12,920 nucleotides of DNA. Origin: an uncultured bacterium. Its GTDB lineage: Bacteria > JAJVIF01 > JAPKYR01. The DNA lies in contig CBDURU010000100.1 in assembly GCA_965369865.1 (NCBI GenBank), positions 1-12,920 of the forward strand, in the 5' to 3' direction. Below, piece after piece: positions 1-5,734 of the stretch. The position numbers and the translations under genes were made by a program. The notes below the pieces were generated by a model. The model worked only from the letters and a program-made list of their open reading frames with translations, searched no databases and was not told the DNA's origin. How positions within the stretch are numbered: the first letter of the stretch is position 1; every line of letters begins with the position of its first letter.

Positions 1-15
1 CATCCATCAATAAAG

Positions 16-37
16 GCCGACAGGAATGTCGGCGCAC
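16..37 (-). repeat. REP-like hairpin GTGC-GCCGACA-TTCC-TGTCGGC (TTCC-loop family)
   Basis: Perfect 7-bp stem (16-22/27-33) with a 4-nt loop; on the - strand it is preceded by GTGC; resembles the hairpins at 9955-10009. Confidence 0.5.
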
Positions 38-182
38 CTGAAATAATTGTTATTTTCTCGTAATGGTCTCAAGCTATAATTGCCGAGAAACAGGTGAGCG
101 AATTATGGTAAGCCATATCCCCCCATTTTGTGTCTCCCGTTTCATTTTTTTAAAATTTAATTTTATTCTTTAGCCAAAATCC

Positions 183-211
183 TTGACCTGTCCGGCTTCT
201 CATTTTAGTGT
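183..211 (+). promoter_or_regulatory. Putative sigma70 promoter for the tolC-like gene
   Basis: TTGACC (183-188), 17 bp, TAGTGT (206-211), with an AT-rich tract upstream. Confidence 0.35.
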
Positions 212-248
212 TACCTGTTAAATCATCTCATGTTCAGGGGTGGGTCGT

Positions 249-1607
249 ATGAACCCGATTTCCTCAGTGCCCGGACTCTTTATCACGCTATCGTTTTTAA
301 TGAGCATGCTCACGGCTGCACCGGTATTTGCGCAGGTTGGGCAAACTCAAGAGGACCCGCTTGAAATCTCAACCTTCACACTCGAATCCGCGGTCGACTG
401 GGCGCTCGAAAACAACCTTGAAATCGAACAGCTTGAATTCGAACTTATCGCTATGGAATCAGGGCTTGAAAACGCGCGAAGCCTCTACATGCCATCCCTT
501 GATTTAAATCTTAATTCGCGAATGGCCGGACCGGAATCGTCAATTGATATTCCGATCCCCGGCATGGAAGGCCTTGAATTAGAAGTTTTGTCATCGGACA
601 TAGTCAACACCGGATCGCTCATCCTGACCCAGCCCGTTTATATGTTCGGCTCAATCGCGCTGGCAAGGGATATCGCCCGAATCAGGGTCGAACAGGCACA
701 ACTGCAACTGGATCGGAAGGTAGAAACCATCCGGCGCGATGTCGAGGAAGCTTACCTCAACGCCGCCCTCGCTCGAGACATGGTTGATATCACTCACAGG
801 GCTATGGAAACGTCGGGGGAACGGCTGCGGCTGGTAAATGTGAGATTTGATGTCGGGGACGCAGCCCGTTTCGATGTTCTGCGTTCAGAAGTCAGCCATG
901 CCATATCCACGGAGGAACTTCTCCGCGCGGTTACATCGGCCGAACTTGCATTCAGCGCCCTTGCCCGGAAACTTGGGCTCGATCCGGGTGCGCAAATCGA
1001 AATTACATCGCCCGACCTGGCAAAGGTCGAATATTCTGAACCTGATTTCACGCTCATCGAAGCCTGGGAAACAGCGATTGCGAATCGGAAAGACTACCGC
1101 ACCCTGGCATTAATGGTCGACCTGCTCGATGCGAGTGCGGACCTTAACCGTGATCGACCCGAACTTATTTTGCGCGGCAATTATTCCTATTCCGACTCCA
1201 CAACCGGGTTTGCAGCCACGCAGGACTCCTGGAGCATTGTATTAAATTTATCCTATAACCTCTTCGATGGCGGCAGGAGTGAAAGTGAGGTCGAGCAGGC
1301 CGAGGCCAACCGTGACGCGGTCAACTCCAGGCTCGGGGAAACCCGCACCCTGATCGAGCTTGAGGTTGAGAGAGAATACAGGGAAATCGCGAATTCCATC
1401 CAGCGAATAGAGGTTACCTCGGCTACACTCGAAAGTGCACTGGAAGCGTTGCATATAGCCGAACTCGGGTACGCGGAAGGCGTTATTACCTTAATTGATT
1501 ACCAGGACACCGATCTCGGACTTCACCAGGCTGAGATCCTGCACATACAGGCTGTATACAGTTACTTAATTGCCGAATCGAAACTCCGTGCGGCGATGGG
1601 GGAATAG
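249..1607 (+). CDS. TolC-family outer membrane efflux protein
   Basis: Signal peptide ending PVFA; 'TLESAVDWALENNLEI', 'LTQPVY', 'LSYNLFDGG' and 'Y..G....IDY' patterns of two OEP repeats. ATG 249 follows AGGGG; GTG 240 is an alternative start. Confidence 0.92.
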   Translation: MNPISSVPGLFITLSFLMSMLTAAPVFAQVGQTQEDPLEISTFTLESAVDWALENNLEIEQLEFELIAMESGLENARSLYMPSLDLNLNSRMAGPESSIDIPIPGMEGLELEVLSSDIVNTGSLILTQPVYMFGSIALARDIARIRVEQAQLQLDRKVETIRRDVEEAYLNAALARDMVDITHRAMETSGERLRLVNVRFDVGDAARFDVLRSEVSHAISTEELLRAVTSAELAFSALARKLGLDPGAQIEITSPDLAKVEYSEPDFTLIEAWETAIANRKDYRTLALMVDLLDASADLNRDRPELILRGNYSYSDSTTGFAATQDSWSIVLNLSYNLFDGGRSESEVEQAEANRDAVNSRLGETRTLIELEVEREYREIANSIQRIEVTSATLESALEALHIAELGYAEGVITLIDYQDTDLGLHQAEILHIQAVYSYLIAESKLRAAMGE

Positions 1608-1865
1608 CCCCAAGCATGCAACTCCGGCCCATCATAAGATCGATTCTACTTGAAATTGTTTACATCACAAGGGACATGCCATTTTTCTCCAGTGTTAAAC
1701 CTGACTTTATTATTACATTTCAAGGGAAAAATGCCGTGTCCCCGATGTTCGAAAAAAATACTTCAAATAGAATTGGTCTAAGTTGTGTTTTTCTTTCACT
1801 TACATCTACAATACCCTTGTCAAACCTGAATATCCGTCTGATCCACGATCAACAGGAGAAGGATC

Positions 1866-3059
1866 ATGCATAGCCGAATTCGAATCGCAATTCCAATCTT
1901 CGTAATCATTATCGCTATTTTTGTTGGCTTCAATTTTTTCAGCGACAACACCGACCCGAACAGCCTGGTCATTTCCGGCAACATCGAAATCACTGACGCG
2001 CAGCTTTCTTTCCAGGTGCGCGGAACCGTGATTGAACGAGCGGTCAATGAAGGCGATTCTGTGACTGATGGGCAGTTAATCGCACGGGTCGACTCCACCG
2101 ACCAGGAACTCCTTGTCGCGCAGGCCGGAGCGAATGTCGATTACGTAGAAGCGGTACTTGCAGAACTCAATGCCGGGACGCGTCCGGAAGATATCCGGCG
2201 CGCCGGTGCCCAGGTCGAGCAGGCGCGTGCGCAACTTGCCGATCTCCTCAGCGGGAGTCGGTTGCAGGAAATTATCGATGCTGAAGCCGCTCTCGAACGT
2301 GCCCAGGCAGGACATACCGCAGTCCAGGCCCAATTGAATCTTGCCCTTTCGGATTTCGAGCGGTTTTCCAGCCTCTATGAAGAAGGCGCGATCACACAGC
2401 GGGAGTTCGAAGCGTCCGAAACCCAGCTCGAAGTTGCTGAAACCGCGTTAATCCAGGCTCAGATGACAATCGCCAGCGCAGAACAATATCTGAGCCTTCG
2501 CGAGGAGGGCGCGCGTCCCGAACAGATCGCTCAGGCCCAGGCCGCTCTTCACCTTGCGCAGGCGGGGTACGCGCTCGCTATTGCCGGACCGCGTCCGCAA
2601 ACTATCGACCAGGCTGAAGCACAGGTTAACATCGCAAATGAATCCCTTCGCCAGGCAATGCGCCAGCTTGAATACACCGAAATCTTCGCTCCGTTCGACG
2701 GGGTCGTGCTGAGTAAATCTGTCGAAGTGGGCGAGTATGTCAACCCGGGTTCGACTGTTGTTACAATCGGCCAGCTCGATAAGGTCTGGCTTCGGGCGTA
2801 CGTTGTCGAAACCGATCTCGGACGCATCAATCTCGGGCAGGAAGTCGAAGTCACTACCGACACATATCCCGATCGCGTTTATCCCGGCACGATTTCATAC
2901 ATCAGCGACCAGGCGGAGTTCACACCCAAGATTGTCCAGACGTCGGAGGAGCGGGTGAATCTGATGTACCTGATCAAAATCGAACTCGATAACCCTGATC
3001 ACGATCTCAAACCCGGCATGCCCGCCGACTGCATGATTGATTTTGGGGAATTGGAATAA
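1866..3059 (+). CDS. HlyD-family periplasmic adaptor (YbhG-like) with an extended alpha-helical hairpin
   Basis: N-terminal TM anchor, 'SGNIE', biotinyl-lipoyl halves (EGDSV..GQ / APFDGVV), 'AEFTPK.VQT..ER', 'LKPGMPAD'; RBS AGGAG/AAGGA upstream. Confidence 0.93.
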   Translation: MHSRIRIAIPIFVIIIAIFVGFNFFSDNTDPNSLVISGNIEITDAQLSFQVRGTVIERAVNEGDSVTDGQLIARVDSTDQELLVAQAGANVDYVEAVLAELNAGTRPEDIRRAGAQVEQARAQLADLLSGSRLQEIIDAEAALERAQAGHTAVQAQLNLALSDFERFSSLYEEGAITQREFEASETQLEVAETALIQAQMTIASAEQYLSLREEGARPEQIAQAQAALHLAQAGYALAIAGPRPQTIDQAEAQVNIANESLRQAMRQLEYTEIFAPFDGVVLSKSVEVGEYVNPGSTVVTIGQLDKVWLRAYVVETDLGRINLGQEVEVTTDTYPDRVYPGTISYISDQAEFTPKIVQTSEERVNLMYLIKIELDNPDHDLKPGMPADCMIDFGELE

Positions 3060-3085
3060 ACCTCAAATAACTAATGGAACAGCAC

Positions 3086-3110
3086 GTAGCCCGGGAATGC
3101 ATTTCCCGGG
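3086..3110 (+). repeat. REP copy 1: GTAG-CCCGGGAATGCATTTCCCGGG
   Basis: GTAG tetranucleotide followed by an imperfect palindrome, next to a RAYT. Confidence 0.9.
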
Positions 3111-3125
3111 ATCCATCAATCAAGC

Positions 3126-3150
3126 AAAGCCCGGAAATGCATTTCCCGGG
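3126..3150 (+). repeat. REP copy 2 (foot degenerate, AAAG): CCCGGAAATGCATTTCCCGGG
   Basis: Part of a 40-bp-period tandem duplication (3088-3123 vs 3128-3163, one mismatch). Confidence 0.85.
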
Positions 3151-3155
3151 ATCCA

Positions 3156-3674
3156 TCAATCAAATTCCGCGCCCTTAATCTCAATCCCTTTGCCTTCACC
3201 CCAATCACCTGGATATATGCCATCTCGCACGTATCCATGAAAACTGCTGAATCCCCAACCTGCAGCCGACTCCGCGTATCCATGTTTTACGGGATTATAA
3301 TGGATATATTCAACGCAGTTCCAATAATGTGCTTCGTCCTTAATCGTTTCTTCCCAAAATCTATCCTGCCAGAGTTTATCCCCTGTTTCGATGATCTTCC
3401 TTTCCTTGCACTCTGCGCCAACTCCACGTTTGAATGCTTTCACAATGTTGGAATAGTCGGATTTCCCAGGACGGATGAGAAGATGGATATGGTCGGGAAG
3501 GATTACCCACGCGGATATTTTAGCCTTGTAACCGTTGGCAAGTGTCGCGAGTTTGCTCTTAATGAATTTAAAAAGGTTATGATGTTCGATCCATGGGGCA
3601 CGATTTGCAGTGACGATTGTCAGGAAATAATAGTCATCAGGATTGCCGGTTTTGACTCGACGGTAGTTGACCAT
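3156..3674 (-). CDS. rayT: REP-associated tyrosine transposase (RAYT/TnpA-REP, Y1 HUH family), 172 aa
   Basis: M.NYRR start, YFLTIVT, HUH motif 'LPDHIHLL', 'LWQDRFWE', catalytic 'YIHYNPVKHG', 'SSFH', 'YP.DW'. The ORF-track ATG at 3710 lies inside a REP, so the start was moved to 3674 (alternative 3680). Confidence 0.93.
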   Translation of the reverse strand: MVNYRRVKTGNPDDYYFLTIVTANRAPWIEHHNLFKFIKSKLATLANGYKAKISAWVILPDHIHLLIRPGKSDYSNIVKAFKRGVGAECKERKIIETGDKLWQDRFWEETIKDEAHYWNCVEYIHYNPVKHGYAESAAGWGFSSFHGYVRDGIYPGDWGEGKGIEIKGAEFD

Positions 3675-3680
3675 AATCAT

Positions 3681-3689
3681 ATAGTAACA
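3681..3689 (-). promoter_or_regulatory. Putative extended -10 (TG-T-TACTAT) for a leaderless RAYT transcript
   Basis: TACTAT ends 6 nt before ATG 3674; no SD motif present. Confidence 0.4.
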
Positions 3690-3693
3690 TAAT

Positions 3694-3721
3694 GATCCCG
3701 GAAAGTGCATTTCCGGGATAC
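3694..3721 (-). repeat. REP copy 3: GTAT-CCCGGAAATGCACTTTCCGGGATC
   Basis: Inverted relative to copies 1 and 2, so REPs flank the RAYT on both sides. Confidence 0.88.
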
Positions 3722-3728
3722 TTACTTG

Positions 3729-3753
3729 GCCCGCCCTCTCGTAGACGGGCTAC
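3729..3753 (-). repeat. Variant REP-like hairpin GTAGCCCGTCTACGAGAGGGCGGGC; may also terminate the cargo operon
   Basis: Shares GTAGCCCG with REP copies 1 and 4; 8-bp stem with two G-T pairs; 20 nt after the cargo stop codon. Confidence 0.5.
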
Positions 3754-3773
3754 GGCCACGGAAGCGTGATGAA

Positions 3774-4226
3774 TCATCGTCGCCCAGGTTGATCAAGTTC
3801 ATCTTCTGCCATGCGTAGGGCTTCTGCTAGCTCAGACAGCCTAGGCAACGGAATCGTAACCCCTTTGCCGGGTTTCCATTCATCTTCGCCAGGGTCACTG
3901 CGGTAATAGTATCGAATGTCGCCGTAAACATGCTTGTTGAACTCGCACACTGCGAACCTTAGTGTTCCCCGTTTGCCTCTGTTTAGCTCAGATACGACTC
4001 CTATGCTGTCCTTCTGCACCAGGCTCTCAACGGCATCGACAGCCTCGGCGATGTCCTCATGTGTTATCGTTACACCCTTCTTGCTCGGAGTCCATTTGGT
4101 CTCATCATCCACACGGAAGAACTCCCGAATGTCGATCCGCAATTTACCCTTGTACTGGGCCAAGGACACCCATACTTCCCTTGATGCGGACTTCTTGATT
4201 TTCGCAATAACCTTGTTCTCATGCAT
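3774..4226 (-). CDS. Tandem two-domain PC4/p15-fold putative ssDNA-binding protein (150 aa)
   Basis: Two repeats of the PC4 signature: 'VSLAQYKGKLRIDIREFF..WTPSKKGVTI' and 'FAVCEFNKHVYGDIRYYY..WKPG-KGVTI', each followed by an amphipathic helix. GGAGG lies 8 nt before ATG 4226 (alternative 4244). Confidence 0.8.
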   Translation of the reverse strand: MHENKVIAKIKKSASREVWVSLAQYKGKLRIDIREFFRVDDETKWTPSKKGVTITHEDIAEAVDAVESLVQKDSIGVVSELNRGKRGTLRFAVCEFNKHVYGDIRYYYRSDPGEDEWKPGKGVTIPLPRLSELAEALRMAEDELDQPGRR

Positions 4227-4250
4227 CGCGCGGCCCTCCGTCATTTGAGG

Positions 4251-5282
4251 CTACTCTCCCAATTCCTCGCCAGTGAATTCCCGCAATCGTGCTATTGCTC
4301 TCACAAGCCGCCTGATCTTCTCTACACGCGGCTTATCCCCGGCTTTGAGCTCCCTTATCTCCGCCAGGCTGATGTTCTCCAGTTCCTCGCTTGCCCTATC
4401 CAACGAGCTGTAAAAATTGGAGCCCAGCGACGGGTTGCTCTTATGGAGCTCCTCCACAGCCTGTCTGATTCCCGCTTTAAGAAAGGCCTTGTAAGCTTCC
4501 TCAGTCTCCAGAATGGGTGGTAGCAGCCTCACGTCTTTTGCATCGGGAAGCTTACCGCCCTTAACCCAGTCGCCAAACTGCACCATGAAGTTGGGATCCT
4601 CCTCCCGTTTGTCGCGGAGCTCTCTCTTCTTCATGAATTCCTCGAAATGGGAGAAGCGATTGATACCGTCAGGGTCCGCGGTCCTCTCTATGTAGGCTTT
4701 GGACTCCTCGTATGCAAGGATTTTCTGGGTAAGCTTGCTGCGTGACCATCTGAGATGACTGGCTAGGTAGTCGTAGTTCTTACCGAAGACCTTGTTCATG
4801 CGCCAGACATACTCCGCCTGGTCGAAAGCCCGCCATTCGATCTTGCCAGCCACATGCAATTCCCCCAAGAGCAGCATCAACTGCTCCTCGGTAACATCCG
4901 CAGGAAGTACACGCACCCAAACCTGTTGCCAACGCTTGTCCTTCGGAGAATGTTTGCGCAGCTCGCGGAGACACACGGTCCGGCAGTTGCCTTCTATTAC
5001 CAGGCCATCGTCGTAGATTATCGGGTCTTCAATCAGCCCCCCGTTCTGCTTGATGCTCTGGAAGAGGTCCTTGACCTTTTCCATATCCCATAGGAGGTTA
5101 TATACGTCTTTGTCAGTGGCCGCAACTCCCTTGCCAAGGACCCTTAGTTTAAATCCTAGGCGAGGGTTCCTCGGGTCGAGTCTCAGATCAGAGACTCTCC
5201 ATAGCTCACGGGTGACTTTCAGTTCCTTCCCGCCAAGCCAGATGGACATGGTGCTTTCAGGTGTCTGAGAAGTGGTTGTCAT
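4251..5282 (-). CDS. ParB/Sulfiredoxin N-terminal domain protein with probable HTH (LDPxNPR subtype)
   Basis: 'LRLDPRNPR', 'LFQSIKQNGGLIEDPII', 'VIEGNCR' (GxRR-like), 'H..G..EW....QA', HTH-like 'KNYDYLASHLRWSRSKLTQKI'; RBS AAGGAG 9 nt upstream. Confidence 0.8.
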   Translation of the reverse strand: MTTTSQTPESTMSIWLGGKELKVTRELWRVSDLRLDPRNPRLGFKLRVLGKGVAATDKDVYNLLWDMEKVKDLFQSIKQNGGLIEDPIIYDDGLVIEGNCRTVCLRELRKHSPKDKRWQQVWVRVLPADVTEEQLMLLLGELHVAGKIEWRAFDQAEYVWRMNKVFGKNYDYLASHLRWSRSKLTQKILAYEESKAYIERTADPDGINRFSHFEEFMKKRELRDKREEDPNFMVQFGDWVKGGKLPDAKDVRLLPPILETEEAYKAFLKAGIRQAVEELHKSNPSLGSNFYSSLDRASEELENISLAEIRELKAGDKPRVEKIRRLVRAIARLREFTGEELGE

Positions 5283-5336
5283 TCTTTTTTTCTCCTTCTT
5301 GCGTTGGGCAAGCCCAACAGCTCATTTGATACAAGC

Positions 5337-5365
5337 ATGATACCATAGAACAGATGTGCTGTCTA
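5337..5365 (-). promoter_or_regulatory. sigma70 promoter of the cargo operon
   Basis: TAGACA (5365-5360), 17 bp, TATCAT (5342-5337) with extended TG; AT-rich UP-like tract at 5372-5393. Confidence 0.65.
5347..5360. promoter_or_regulatory. LexA-like (GAAC-N4-GTTC type) operator in the promoter spacer
   Basis: AGAACAGATGTGCT, one mismatch to GAAC-N4-GTTC. Confidence 0.4.
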
Positions 5366-5462
5366 GTACCGACAATAAAAAAATATAATAAAAGTACTAG
5401 CAGGTACCGACTGTCCCTCGAGTGCCCTGCACGGTACCACCACTGAATACCCGCAGGAGTAA

Positions 5463-5487
5463 GTAGCCCGGGAATGCATTTCCCGGG
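5463..5487 (+). repeat. REP copy 4: GTAG-CCCGGGAATGCATTTCCCGGG
   Basis: Identical to copy 1 and followed by the same ATCCATCAATCAA. Confidence 0.9.
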
Positions 5488-5492
5488 ATCCA

Positions 5493-5561
5493 TCAATCAA
5501 ATTCTGCGCCCTTAATTTCAATCCCTTCACCTTCACCCCAATCACCTGGATACATTCCATT
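5493..5561 (-). pseudogene. 3'-terminal fragment of a second RAYT (NGMYPGDWGEGEGIEIKGAEFD*)
   Basis: Aligns without gaps to 3156-3224 with 7 substitutions; the rest of the gene is missing. Confidence 0.85.
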
Positions 5562-5576
5562 TTTAGAACGTAGCAC

Positions 5577-5605
5577 GTATCCCGGAAATGCATTTTCCGG
5601 AATCC
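5577..5605 (+). repeat. REP copy 5: GTAT-CCCGGAAATGCATTTTCCGGAATCC
   Basis: Same palindrome; preceded by AGCAC like copy 1. Confidence 0.85.
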
Positions 5606-5615
5606 TTTCCCACTC

Positions 5616-5644
5616 TTGCCCCTGCTACTCATGAGTGTTAGCAT
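5616..5644 (+). promoter_or_regulatory. Possible promoter for the ABC genes
   Basis: TTGCCC, 17 bp, TAGCAT with TGn; palindrome ACTCATGAGT in the spacer; a separate TATAAT at 5715-5720. Confidence 0.3.
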
Positions 5645-5734
5645 TGCTTCTGGAGAAGAGGAAGTAGATTGGTTGATGTGCGCGATTACCTGGAATTCAT
5701 CAGGGAATGTTAGATATAATCTCATCCATCTGAG

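Larger units (their letters stand above)
3077..5605. mobile_element. REP/RAYT island with two cargo genes, lying between the HlyD and ABC ATPase genes
   Basis: Bounded by imperfect direct repeats GAAC(GT)AGCACGTA(G/T)CCCGG(G/A)AATGCATTT(C/T)CCGG(G/A)ATCC (3077-3114 vs 5566-5605); all internal genes are on the opposite strand to the flanking cluster. Confidence 0.7.

Noticed and set aside
1616..1873. 85-aa ORF between tolC and hlyD
   Set aside because: AT-rich, no recognisable motif or RBS; probably intergenic regulatory DNA
3090..3114. Cloning polylinker (SmaI/NsiI/BamHI sites)
   Set aside because: The sites arise from the natural palindrome, and copies are diverged
3086..3163. CRISPR array from the palindromic repeats
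   Set aside because: Only two adjacent units with no unique spacer, mixed orientations elsewhere, no cas genes; the GTAG foot plus RAYT explains them as REPs
3156..3710. IS200/IS605 element, or RAYT starting at 3710
   Set aside because: No tnpB; motifs and multiple REPs fit RAYT; ATG 3710 is the ATGCA centre of REP3
4251..5282. Canonical chromosome-partition parB
   Set aside because: No parA; LDPxNPR N-terminus and GNCR motif are atypical; located in an accessory island
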